Below are positions 21,303 through 30,312 of a stretch of 37,451 bases of DNA, in pieces. The notes under the pieces were generated by a model. It saw only the letters and a program-made list of their open reading frames with translations. It did no database searches and was not told the DNA's origin. Source of the DNA: Myxococcales bacterium (GTDB lineage: Bacteria; Myxococcota; Myxococcia; Myxococcales; Anaeromyxobacteraceae). The stretch spans positions 1-37,451 of the forward strand of contig JBBQEB010000014.1 in NCBI GenBank assembly GCA_038320275.1, given 5' to 3'. How positions within the stretch are numbered: the stretch's first letter is position 1; every line of letters starts with the position of its first letter. The position numbers were made by a program, and so were the translations under genes.

Positions 21303-24053
21303 GTGGGCGAGGAGGGGGGAAGACCACCTCCGGTCGGCCGGGGGGCCGACCGGCACGAGGAAGCTGCGCGGCAGCTCGCCGGGCTCCTGGCGCCGCTCCG
21401 CTTCGCTGCCCGGGACGGCTTCGCGGCGCTCCCTCGCGTCGCCGGGCTGGAGGAGGCGCTGCGCGGCGCCGTCGCGCGCGCGAAGGCGGCGGGAGCGCCG
21501 GAGAGCCGCGCTCTCACCGGGCTGGAACGCCTCGCCACCGGCTTCGACGCGTTGTCCCTGGGTGAGAAGAAGCGCGCGCTGGCCGCCATTGCGGGCCATC
21601 TCGCCTCGCTCATCCCCGTGCCCCCCGAGCTGCGCGACCTCGCGGCGAGGGGACGGCTGGAGGCGGGTGGGGATGCGAGCGAGACCCCGAACCCGAACCC
21701 GACCTCGACCGGGAACCCGACCTCGACCGCGAACCCGACCGAGACCTCGACCGAGACCTTGATCGCGACCCGGACCCCGACCGCGAAGCCGACCTCGACC
21801 GCGAAGCCGACCGCGACCCCGACCCCGACCGCCACCTCGACCCCAACCTCGACCCCGACCCCGACCCCGATCTCGACCTCGACCCCAGTCGACCGCGCGG
21901 GGGAAACCGCGCTCCCGACCCTCCCCGAGCCGCGCGATGCCTCGGAGCGCGCGGCCCGCCGGAAGCGGCTGCGCTCGCTCCTCTCCGACCTCCCGCGCGC
22001 CCACCCCGCGCCGCGCGCGCTCCTGGAGGAGCGCGGCCACGCCACCGTCGAGGCTGCGCTCTCCTTCTGGCCCAAGGCCTACCAGGACCGCACCGCCGTT
22101 CGCCGGGTCGCCGACCTGCGCACGGGCGAGCCGGGGCTCGCCATGGGTGAGGTGCGGACCGTTCAGCCGGCGCGCATGCGCAACGGCAAGCCGCTTCTCA
22201 AGGTGGGGCTCGTCGACGCGAGCGGCCGGCTCGACCTCGTCTTCTTCAACCCGCCCCCCTGGAGGCTGAAGAACCTTGCCGTGGGCGACGCGCTCCTCGC
22301 CTCCGGCAAGGTCACCGAAGGCTTCGGCGGGCGCCGTCAGATGAGCCAGCCCGAGGTGGAGAAGGTCGGGCCGGCCGACTCTGCAAGCTTCGGTCGTATC
22401 GTGCCCATCTACGCTGGCCCCGCCGACTACCAGCATCCGGCCCTGCGCCGCCTCATGAAGCGGCTGTGCGACGAGCTCGTCCCGTACGCGGTGGACGAGC
22501 TCCCGGCGGCGGTGCGCGAGCGGCGGCAGCTCCTGCCTGCCGCGCAAGCGCTTCGGGAAGCCCATTTCCCTCCTCCCGGCACCGATCCCGCCCATGCCGC
22601 CGAGCGCGCCACGCCCGCCTTCCGGCGGCTCGTCTTCGAGGAGCTCTTCTTCCTGCAGCTCGCGATGGCGCTCCGGCGCCGGGGGGTGCGGCGAGAGCCC
22701 GGGATCGCCTTCCGCGCCGGGCCGGAGGAGGTGGCCGAGGCGGTGCGCCCGCTCCCGTTCACGCTGACCTCCGCGCAAACCCGCGCGCTGGGCGAGATTG
22801 CCCGCGACATGTCGCGGGCCGAGCCCATGAACCGGCTCCTGCAAGGCGACGTGGGGAGCGGGAAGACCGCGGTTGCCTTCGCCGCGATGATGCTGGCGGT
22901 GCGCTCCGGATGGCAGGCGGTGCTCATGGCGCCGACGGAGATCCTGGCGGAGCAGCACGCTCGCACGCTGGGCGGCTGGCTCACGGGCAGCGGCACCGAG
23001 ATCGCCCTCGTGACCGCCGGTACGCGTGGCAAGGAGGGGCGCGGCGCGCGGGAGGCCCTCGCCTCGGGCCGGGCGCGCATCGGCGTGGGCACCCACGCCC
23101 TGCTGGAGGGCGCGGTGGGCCTCGACAAGCTGGGCCTGGTGGTGGTGGACGAGCAGCATAGGTTCGGCGTCCTGCAGCGCGCCAGGCTCATCGCCAAGGG
23201 GCGCCGTCCGGACGTCCTCGTGATGACGGCGACGCCGATTCCGCGCACGCTCGCGCTCGCCTTCTACGGCGACCTCGACGAGTCCAAGATCGACGAGCTG
23301 CCGCCGGGCCGCACGCCGGTGGTGACGCGCGTCTTCGGGGACGCGCAGCGCACGAAGGCTTACGACCTGGCCCGCCGCGAGCTCGACGCCGGGCGCCAGG
23401 CCTACGTCGTCTACCCCCTGGTGAGCGAGTCGGAGAAGACCGACCTCGCAGACGCGACCAGCGGCCGCGACAGCCTGGCGGGCATCTTCGCGCCGCACGC
23501 GGTGGGGCTCCTCCACGGGCAGATGAAGCCGGGCGAGAAGGAGGAGGTGATGGGGCGCTTCCGCCGCGGCGAGCTCGCGATGCTGGTCGCGACCACCGTC
23601 ATCGAGGTGGGCGTGGACGTGGCGAACGCGAGCGTCATGATCGTCGAGCACGCCGAGCGCTTCGGCCTCTCGCAGCTCCACCAGCTTCGCGGGCGCGTTG
23701 GACGGGGTGCCGCCAGGAGCTTCTGCCTGCTGGTGGCCCACTTCGAGCGCGCCGGCGACGGGGGTCGCGATCGTCTCAGGGCCATGGTGAGGACGCAGGA
23801 CGGGTTCGAGATCGCGCGCGCCGACCTGAAGCTGCGCGGCCCGGGCGAGCTCCTGGGTACGCGCCAGTCGGGGCAGAAGCTCTTCGACATCGCCGACCTC
23901 TACCGCGACGAGGCCATCCTGGAGGAGGCGCGGGAGGAGGCGTTCGCCATCGTGGAGGCCGATCCGGAGCTCGCGCTGCCCGAGCACCGCGCTGCCGCCG
24001 AGGCGCTGGCCGAGCGCTGGGCCGCGCGCATCTCGCTCGCGCGCGTGGGGTGA
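21303..24053 (+). CDS. recG: ATP-dependent DNA helicase RecG
   Basis: RLVFEELF, LLQGDVGSGKT, DEQHRFG, MTATPIPRTL, HQLRGRVGRG, DGFEIA..DLKLRGPGE. Confidence 0.97.
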   Translation: MGEEGGRPPPVGRGADRHEEAARQLAGLLAPLRFAARDGFAALPRVAGLEEALRGAVARAKAAGAPESRALTGLERLATGFDALSLGEKKRALAAIAGHLASLIPVPPELRDLAARGRLEAGGDASETPNPNPTSTGNPTSTANPTETSTETLIATRTPTAKPTSTAKPTATPTPTATSTPTSTPTPTPISTSTPVDRAGETALPTLPEPRDASERAARRKRLRSLLSDLPRAHPAPRALLEERGHATVEAALSFWPKAYQDRTAVRRVADLRTGEPGLAMGEVRTVQPARMRNGKPLLKVGLVDASGRLDLVFFNPPPWRLKNLAVGDALLASGKVTEGFGGRRQMSQPEVEKVGPADSASFGRIVPIYAGPADYQHPALRRLMKRLCDELVPYAVDELPAAVRERRQLLPAAQALREAHFPPPGTDPAHAAERATPAFRRLVFEELFFLQLAMALRRRGVRREPGIAFRAGPEEVAEAVRPLPFTLTSAQTRALGEIARDMSRAEPMNRLLQGDVGSGKTAVAFAAMMLAVRSGWQAVLMAPTEILAEQHARTLGGWLTGSGTEIALVTAGTRGKEGRGAREALASGRARIGVGTHALLEGAVGLDKLGLVVVDEQHRFGVLQRARLIAKGRRPDVLVMTATPIPRTLALAFYGDLDESKIDELPPGRTPVVTRVFGDAQRTKAYDLARRELDAGRQAYVVYPLVSESEKTDLADATSGRDSLAGIFAPHAVGLLHGQMKPGEKEEVMGRFRRGELAMLVATTVIEVGVDVANASVMIVEHAERFGLSQLHQLRGRVGRGAARSFCLLVAHFERAGDGGRDRLRAMVRTQDGFEIARADLKLRGPGELLGTRQSGQKLFDIADLYRDEAILEEAREEAFAIVEADPELALPEHRAAAEALAERWAARISLARVG
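21683..21893 (+). repeat. In-frame hexamer microsatellite (ACC[C/T/G]CG)n encoding a Thr-Pro/Ser/Ala tract in RecG
   Basis: About 35 degenerate 6-bp units; protein TPNPNPTSTGNPTST...TPTPTPISTSTP. Confidence 0.9.
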
Positions 24054-24099
24054 GCGAGATGCCGCAGGGCTCACCTCGCGCGGACGCGTTCGGCGGCGC

Positions 24100-24128
24100 T
24101 TGCCAACCCGCCGCCCTTTCGGCAAGTT
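24100..24128 (+). promoter_or_regulatory. sigma70-type promoter for alaC-thrC
   Basis: TTGCCA-17 nt-CAAGTT, 12 nt before ATG. Confidence 0.45.
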
Positions 24129-24140
24129 GAGCCCCGCTCC

Positions 24141-25382
24141 ATGAAGACCTTCAGCGATCCAGAGGCGTTCGCCCGCGTCAAGCGCCTGCCGCCCTACGTG
24201 TTCACCATCACCGACCGCCTGCGCGATGCCGCCGTGGCGCGAGGGGTGGACGTCATCGACCTCTCCATGGGGAACCCCGACGGCAGCCCGCCGCCCGAGG
24301 CCGTCGAGGCCCTGCGCGCCGCAGCGGGCGTGCCGGGAAGCCATCGCTACCTCAACCCACGCGGGCTCCCGGAGCTGCGCGCGGCGGCGGCCGGTCGATA
24401 CCGGCGCGTGTTCGGGGTCGAGCTCGACCCCGAGCGCGAGGTGATCATCACCATCGGGTCGAAGGAGGGCATCGGTCACGCCATGGTGGCGCTGGTGGGA
24501 GAGGGCGATGCGGTGCTGGCGCCCTCGCCCACCTACCCCATCCACGCGTTCGGAGCGGTCCTGTCGGGCGGCAGCACCATCCCCGTGCCGGTGGGGCCCG
24601 GGGTCGACTTCATGGAGGGGTTGCTCCAGGCGATGGAGAAGGCGGAGCAGCGGCCGCGAGGACTCGTGGTCAACTTTCCCGCGAACCCCAGCACCGCGGT
24701 CGCCACCCCCGAGCTCTTCGCACGCATCGTGAAGCTCGCCGAGGCCCGCGACCTCTTCATCATCTCCGACCTCGCCTACTGCGACATCGTCTTCGACGGC
24801 GGCCGCGCGCCGTCCATCCTCCAGATCCCCGGCGCGCGCGAGAGGGCGCTCGAGTTCATGTCGGTGTCGAAGAGCTACAACATGGCCGGCTGGCGGGTGG
24901 GCATCGCCGCGGGCAATCACGCGCTCGTGGCCGCGCTGGCGCGCGTGAAGAGCTACCTCGACTACGGCCTCTTCGGGCCGGTGCAGACCGCCGCCGCGGC
25001 GGTGCTGACCGGGTGTGACGCCTTCGCGCAGGGCGTATGCGCCCGTTACCAGGCCCGGCGCGATGCCCTGGTGCGCCTCTTCGGGGCGGCCGGGTGGGAG
25101 GTGCCGGTCCCGCCCGCCACCATGTTCGCCTGGGCGCTCGTGCCCGAGCCTTTCCGGGCGCTGGGCTCGCTCGAGTTCGCGCGCAGGCTCATCGAGGAGA
25201 CGGGCGTCGCGGTGGCCCCCGGGATCGGCTTCGGGCCGGCAGGCGAGGGGTACGTGCGGCTCGCCCTGGTGCACGACGAGGCGAGGCTCGCCCTGGCGGC
25301 GGACCGTATCGCGGCCTTCCTCTCGCGCCCCGCCGCCGCGCGCCCGACGCCGGACGCGCCGATCCTCCTGGAGCACACGTGA
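24141..25382 (+). CDS. alaC: PLP-dependent class I/II aminotransferase, AlaC-like
   Basis: FARVKRLPPYVF, MGNPD, TIGSKEG, YPIH, NFPANP, DLAY, SKSYNMAGWRVG, KSYLDYG. Confidence 0.85.
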   Translation: MKTFSDPEAFARVKRLPPYVFTITDRLRDAAVARGVDVIDLSMGNPDGSPPPEAVEALRAAAGVPGSHRYLNPRGLPELRAAAAGRYRRVFGVELDPEREVIITIGSKEGIGHAMVALVGEGDAVLAPSPTYPIHAFGAVLSGGSTIPVPVGPGVDFMEGLLQAMEKAEQRPRGLVVNFPANPSTAVATPELFARIVKLAEARDLFIISDLAYCDIVFDGGRAPSILQIPGARERALEFMSVSKSYNMAGWRVGIAAGNHALVAALARVKSYLDYGLFGPVQTAAAAVLTGCDAFAQGVCARYQARRDALVRLFGAAGWEVPVPPATMFAWALVPEPFRALGSLEFARRLIEETGVAVAPGIGFGPAGEGYVRLALVHDEARLALAADRIAAFLSRPAAARPTPDAPILLEHT

Positions 25383-26755
25383 GCGGCGCGCCTCCCCTCC
25401 ACGCGCAGTTTCGCTGCAGCGACGGCTGCGACTTCCGGGCTCCGCTCACCGAGGTGGTCTACCGCTGCGCCCGCTGCGGGGGGCTCCTCGAGGTCGAGCA
25501 CGACATGGCGGCGCTCGCCGCGCGCTCGCCCGAGTCGTGGAAGGCGCTCTTCGACGCCCGCTTCCGGGTGGGCCCGTGGCCCCTCGGCTCGGGGGTGTGG
25601 GGCAAGAAGGAATGGGTCTACCCGGAGCTGCCCGACGAGCGGATCGTCTCCATGTACGAGGGGGGCAGCCCGCTCCTCAAGCTCGACCGCTACGCGCGCG
25701 AACTGGGCCTGGAGGACGTCTGGCTGAAGGAGTGCGGGGTCACGCACACGGGGTCCTTCAAGGACCTCGGGATGACGGTGCTCGTCTCGGCGGTGAACGA
25801 GATGCGGGCCCGCGGAACGCGCATCGACGCGGTGGTCTGCGCCTCCACCGGGGACACCTCGGCGGCGCTGGCTGCCTACTGTGCCGCCGCCTCCATCCCG
25901 GCGGTGGTGCTCCTGCCGCGGGGAAAGATCTCGCTCGCGCAGCTCGCGCAGCCGGTGGCGAACGGCGCCCTCGTGCTCGAGCTGGAGACCGACTTCGACG
26001 GCTGCATGCGGCTCGTGGAGGAGGTCTCCCGCGCGCCCGGCATCTATCTCGCCAACTCGATGAACTCCCTGCGCATCGAGGGGCAGAAGACGCTTTCCAT
26101 CGAGCTCGCGCAGGCCTTCGGCTGGACCGTGCCGGACTGGGTGATCATCCCGGGTGGCAACCTCGGGAACGCGAGCGCGGTGGGTCGCGGTTTCCTCATG
26201 ATGCGCGACCTCGGCCTGGTGGACCGGCTGCCGAGGCTGGTGGTGGCGCAGGCCGAGCGCGCCAATCCACTTTACCGCGCGGTCTCGGCCGCCGAGGCGA
26301 GCGGGCAGGGCGCGCGCCTCTCGGAGGTGGTGGTGCAGCCCGTGGAGGCGCGGACGACGCTCGCCTCGGCCATCCAGATCGGTGCACCGGTGTCCGCCCG
26401 GCGCGCGCTGCGGGCGCTGGAGGCGCTGGAGGGCCTCGTGGAGCAGGCCACCGAGGCGGAGCTTTCGGAGGCCGCCGCGCGGGCGGACCGCGCCGGCGCC
26501 TACGCCTGCCCGCACACCGGCGTCGCGCTGGCAGCGCTCGAAAAGCTCGCCTCGCGAGGCACCATCCGCAAAGGTCAGCGGGTGGTCGTGATCTCCACCG
26601 CGCACGGCCTCAAGTTCTCCGACTTCAAGGTCGGCTATCACGCTGGCGCCATCAGCGGGGTGGAAGGCCGATTCGTGAACCCCGCGGTGCGGGTGGGCCC
26701 GAGCGTGGGCGCCGTGCGCGACGCCATCGCGAAGCGCTTCGGGCGGGCGGCGTGA
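25379..26755 (+). CDS. thrC: Threonine synthase
   Basis: N-terminal Cys ribbon, THTGSFKDLG, CASTGDTSAALAAY, NSMNSLRIEGQKT, PGGNLGN, STAHGLKF; GTG overlaps alaC stop. Confidence 0.96.
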   Translation: MSGAPPLHAQFRCSDGCDFRAPLTEVVYRCARCGGLLEVEHDMAALAARSPESWKALFDARFRVGPWPLGSGVWGKKEWVYPELPDERIVSMYEGGSPLLKLDRYARELGLEDVWLKECGVTHTGSFKDLGMTVLVSAVNEMRARGTRIDAVVCASTGDTSAALAAYCAAASIPAVVLLPRGKISLAQLAQPVANGALVLELETDFDGCMRLVEEVSRAPGIYLANSMNSLRIEGQKTLSIELAQAFGWTVPDWVIIPGGNLGNASAVGRGFLMMRDLGLVDRLPRLVVAQAERANPLYRAVSAAEASGQGARLSEVVVQPVEARTTLASAIQIGAPVSARRALRALEALEGLVEQATEAELSEAAARADRAGAYACPHTGVALAALEKLASRGTIRKGQRVVVISTAHGLKFSDFKVGYHAGAISGVEGRFVNPAVRVGPSVGAVRDAIAKRFGRAA

Positions 26756-27123
26756 AGTCGCAGGGCCGCCCCGAACGGCCGGCGCCGGGCGCCCGCGCGC
26801 TCCGCGCCGAGCACGACCGTCTGGCGGAGCGGCTCGCGTCCCGGCGCTCCATCGACCTCGTCCGAGGCGGCGCCTACAGCGGCTTCATCGGGCTCATCGG
26901 AGCCGGGCTCGCCGCCAAGCTCGCCTTCGACCGCTGGTGGTCGCAGAGCGCGCGCCGCTTCACCGGCCCGCCGGTGTGGTTCTTGCTCGCGCTGGCGGCC
27001 GCTGCGGTGCTGCTGACGCTGGCAGTCGTGCTCCTCGTGCGCGCGCGGCGGCTCATGCGCGGGGAGGACGCCGACTTCGCGCGCCTGCGCGCGCTGCGCC
27101 GGGAACTGGGTCTCGACGCGTGA
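26752..27123 (+). CDS. Hypothetical two-TM membrane protein, 123 aa
   Basis: GTG overlapping thrC stop; two hydrophobic segments flanked by amphipathic helices; fills the thrC-tmk gap. Confidence 0.75.
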   Translation: MKSQGRPERPAPGARALRAEHDRLAERLASRRSIDLVRGGAYSGFIGLIGAGLAAKLAFDRWWSQSARRFTGPPVWFLLALAAAAVLLTLAVVLLVRARRLMRGEDADFARLRALRRELGLDA

Positions 27124-27136
27124 GAGGGCCCCTCCC

Positions 27137-27790
27137 GTGAGCCCGCGAACGGGCCGTGCGCGCGGCCGGTTCATCGTGCTGGAGGGGCTCGACGGGGCGG
27201 GCACCACCACCCAGTCGCATCGGCTGGCGGGACTGCTCCGGCAGGCGGGCCGTGAGGTCCACGTGACGGCCGAACCCTCCAGCGGCCCGGTGGGCGCGCT
27301 CGTCCGGCAGGTCCTGACCCGGCGGGTGGGCGGGCCTCCCGGTGCGGAGGGCTTCGACGCGGGCGCGCTGGCGCTGCTCTTCGCGGCCGACCGGCTCGAC
27401 CACGTCGCGGCCGAGGTGGAGCCGAAGCTCGCGACGGGCTCGGACGTCGTCTCCGACCGCTACGTGCTCTCCTCCCTCGCGTACCAGGCGGTCACCTGTG
27501 GAGACGTGGGGTGGGTGGAGGCGCTGAACGGCCGCGCGCTGGCGCCCGACGTGACGCTCTTCCTCGAGGTGGACGCGCGGACGGCGCTGGGCCGGCGCTT
27601 CGCGGCAACTTCCGAGCGCGAGATCTTCGAGGTGCCGGAGCTGCAGCGCAAGGTGGCGCGCGCCTACCTCGCGGGGATCGAGCGGCTTCGGGCCGCGGGC
27701 CAGCGCGTGCAGATCGTGGACGGGGCGGCAAGCATCGAGGCGGTCGGCGAGGCGCTCCTCCAGGCGCTCGAGGTGATCGGTCCGGCCTGA
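27137..27790 (+). CDS. tmk: Thymidylate kinase
   Basis: FIVLEGLDGAGTTTQ, TAEPS, LLFAADR, SDRYVLSSLAYQ, PDVTLFL. Confidence 0.93.
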   Translation: MSPRTGRARGRFIVLEGLDGAGTTTQSHRLAGLLRQAGREVHVTAEPSSGPVGALVRQVLTRRVGGPPGAEGFDAGALALLFAADRLDHVAAEVEPKLATGSDVVSDRYVLSSLAYQAVTCGDVGWVEALNGRALAPDVTLFLEVDARTALGRRFAATSEREIFEVPELQRKVARAYLAGIERLRAAGQRVQIVDGAASIEAVGEALLQALEVIGPA

Positions 27791-27833
27791 TCGCCCCGGT
27801 GCGGGCGCTCCCCCGCCGCGCTATGCGACGGCC

Positions 27834-28574
27834 ATGCGGACGCCCACCGCCGCCATCGTCATCATCGGGAGCGAGGTGCTCTCGGCCAAGGTCGAGGATG
27901 AGAACGGTCCCTACGCCGCGCGCCGGCTGCGCGCGGAGGGCGTCGAGCTGACCGCCATCGCCACCATCCCCGACAGCCTCGCCATGGTGGAGGAAACGGT
28001 GGCGCGGGAGCGGGCGCGGGTGGACTGGGTGTTCACCTCCGGTGGGATCGGCCCCACCCACGACGACCTCACGCTGGCAGGGGTGGCGCGCGCCCTGGGC
28101 CGGCCCTTGGTGCGCCACCCGCGGCTGGTGGAGAACATCGAGCGCTGGCACGCGCGGCGCGGCGTCGCTCCCCTCGAGGCGGCCCTGCGCATGGCGGATG
28201 TGCCGGAGGGCACCGTCCTCTCGGGGGATCTCGCGCACCCGGTGCTGGTGGTGGAGAACGTCGTCGTCCTTCCGGGCGTCCCCAGCTTCTTCCGGGCTCA
28301 GCTCGACCGCTTCGTGACGACCCTGACCGCTCCGCCGTTCCGGCTGGCGTGCCTCTTCCTTTCGCTGCCGGAGGATGTCTTCGCCGAGGCGCTCGACCGC
28401 ATCGCGCGCGAGCACGCCGACGTAGGGGTCGGGAGCTATCCGCGCTTCGATGACACCGACCACCTGGTGAAGATCACCTTCGAGGCCAAGGACGCTCGCC
28501 GGGTGGAGGCGGCGCTGGCCTCATTTCTGGAGGCGCTCCCCGCGGGCTCGGTGGTGCGCCGGGAGGGGCCCTGA
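27834..28574 (+). CDS. CinA N-terminal / MoCF-biosynthesis-domain protein (putative pyrophosphatase)
   Basis: IIGSEVLSAKVEDEN, VFTSGGIGPTHDDLT, LPGVP, GSYP. Confidence 0.88.
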   Translation: MRTPTAAIVIIGSEVLSAKVEDENGPYAARRLRAEGVELTAIATIPDSLAMVEETVARERARVDWVFTSGGIGPTHDDLTLAGVARALGRPLVRHPRLVENIERWHARRGVAPLEAALRMADVPEGTVLSGDLAHPVLVVENVVVLPGVPSFFRAQLDRFVTTLTAPPFRLACLFLSLPEDVFAEALDRIAREHADVGVGSYPRFDDTDHLVKITFEAKDARRVEAALASFLEALPAGSVVRREGP

Positions 28575-28592
28575 TCCAGCGCCCGAGACGAG

Positions 28593-28817
28593 CTACAGCT
28601 CGAAGCGATCGATGTCGCCGCGCTTCTGGAGGATCTCCAGCGCGCCCTGCGTGATCTTCTCCTTGTCCTCGCCCTGCAGCTTCACGACGAACGGCGCAAT
28701 GGAGCGCTCGCCCTTGCGGGACGGCGGAGGCGGCAGCACGGCCACCGCCCAGCTGTCTCCCAGGTCCTTGTCCACGGTGACCTGGCACTCGATGTCACCG
28801 ATGTACGCCTTCGTCAT
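28593..28817 (-). CDS. Hypothetical protein, 74 aa
   Basis: MTKAYIGDIECQV...; high GC3; AAGGA RBS and TTCGCA-17-TACATT promoter upstream. Confidence 0.75.
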   Translation of the reverse strand: MTKAYIGDIECQVTVDKDLGDSWAVAVLPPPPSRKGERSIAPFVVKLQGEDKEKITQGALEILQKRGDIDRFEL

Positions 28818-28879
28818 GGGGGCGGCCGTCCTTCCGTCTTGGATGTGAAGGTCGCGCAATGTAGCGTAAGAACCGCAAG

Positions 28880-29746
28880 ATGCGAAAGCGTGCCCTGCTG
28901 CTGCTCCTCCTCGCCGCGGCCTGCTCGTCGCCGCGGCCCCGCCCGCCGCGGGGCGAGCCGGTGCTCACCGTGGAGGGCAAGGTGGAGCATGGGCCTTTCC
29001 GGTTCGGCGCCGGCGACCTCGCCGCCCTGCCTCGGCTCGCGTTCCCCGCCGCGGCGCCCGGAGTCCCCGGGGAGGCGCGCTTCGAGGGCGTCGCGCTCGC
29101 GAAGCTCCTGACCGAGTCCATGGAGCCGAAGAAGGACGCGGACCTCGCAGTGGTGCACGGTATCAGGGGCCTCGCCGTTCCGGTGCCCCTCTCGGCGGTA
29201 CGCCAGCTGCGGCCAGTGCTGGCCGACACGGCGAACGGCGGCGCGCTGGCGAGCTGGAAAGCCTCGGCGGCGCCCCTCGTCCTCGCGTGGCCCAACGTGC
29301 AGCAGCCTGGCATCGACACCGATCCCCGGATGCGCTCCTGGTGGGTGGAAGGCATCACCCGTATCGAGCTGGCGAACTGGAACGGCACGTACGGGAAGGC
29401 CCTTCGCGTGCCGCCAGGCTCCAGCGACGAAGCGCGTCTGGGCGCCGACCCCCTCGCCGCGCTCTGCATCTCGTGCCACCGGGTGCGCGGGGCGGGGGGC
29501 ACGCGCGGGCCGGCGCTCGAGGCGCGGCGCCTCCCGGTAGGTGACGAGGCGTTCGCGGCCGCCATGCGCGACCACCTGCGCCAGCAGACCGGCAACGCGG
29601 CAGCGCCGGAGACGAGCGCTGCCACGGCCCGCCAGATCGCGGCGTTCCTGCGCGCCGCCAGCGTGGCCGGGACGCCGAGGGTCGAGGACGAGCCGCCGCC
29701 CCCGGATACGCGCATGGAGCTGCCCCCGGATCGAAGGAGGCGTTAG
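28880..29746 (+). CDS. Lipoprotein with an oxidoreductase-Moco-like N-domain and a C-terminal monoheme cytochrome c
   Basis: Lipobox LAAAC; VLTVEGKV...FEGVALAKLL...PLVLAWP...WVEGITRIEL; CISCH followed by GGTRGP. Confidence 0.72.
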   Translation: MRKRALLLLLLAAACSSPRPRPPRGEPVLTVEGKVEHGPFRFGAGDLAALPRLAFPAAAPGVPGEARFEGVALAKLLTESMEPKKDADLAVVHGIRGLAVPVPLSAVRQLRPVLADTANGGALASWKASAAPLVLAWPNVQQPGIDTDPRMRSWWVEGITRIELANWNGTYGKALRVPPGSSDEARLGADPLAALCISCHRVRGAGGTRGPALEARRLPVGDEAFAAAMRDHLRQQTGNAAAPETSAATARQIAAFLRAASVAGTPRVEDEPPPPDTRMELPPDRRRR

Positions 29747-29774
29747 GAGGGAAGCAGGAGGGGCCCGCGCCCGG

Positions 29775-30200
29775 TCAGATCGCCCAGATGTAACCGATGC
29801 GGACCCCCACCACCCCGGCGATCCGCTTCGCCACCTCGCGCCCGTCCCTTCCGCCCACCCAGCGCGGCACCACCACGTGGAACTCTCCCCTCGCGAGCTC
29901 CGCCGCGCTCGCGAAGAGTTGCCACCGGCTCGCGAGACCCTGGAGGGTCCAGGTGCCCTGCGCCGCGACGACGTCGAGGTAGATGGTCCGCGGCGAGGTG
30001 CACGACAGGCACGGGCGATGGTCAGTCACCTTCCCGCGAATGAGGTCCGGCGCCTCCCAGCCAGCGAGGTCCGCGCGGACGCCGCCATAGCCCGCCAGCG
30101 GGAGCGCTTCCGCCATGAGTCGAATGGCACCCTCCCGGTCACAGCGGGCGCCGGTGCCTGTCCCCGAGGTGGCCTCCGCCGAGCTCTGGCCTTCGTTCAC
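29775..30200 (-). CDS. Hypothetical protein (start uncertain, 30116-30200)
   Basis: Protein-like segment GYGGVRADLAGWEAPDLI...HRPCL...IYLDV...RWQLFASAA...FHVVVP. Confidence 0.65.
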   Translation of the reverse strand: MNEGQSSAEATSGTGTGARCDREGAIRLMAEALPLAGYGGVRADLAGWEAPDLIRGKVTDHRPCLSCTSPRTIYLDVVAAQGTWTLQGLASRWQLFASAAELARGEFHVVVPRWVGGRDGREVAKRIAGVVGVRIGYIWAI

Positions 30201-30312
30201 TCTCCCAAGGTGTCCTCGGACAGCCCGATCTGCACCCCCCGCCATGACGCGGCGGTGACACGGGCGCACCATCCTCCTCGCGACGCCGCCGGCCCACGGA
30301 GAGCCCAGCACA

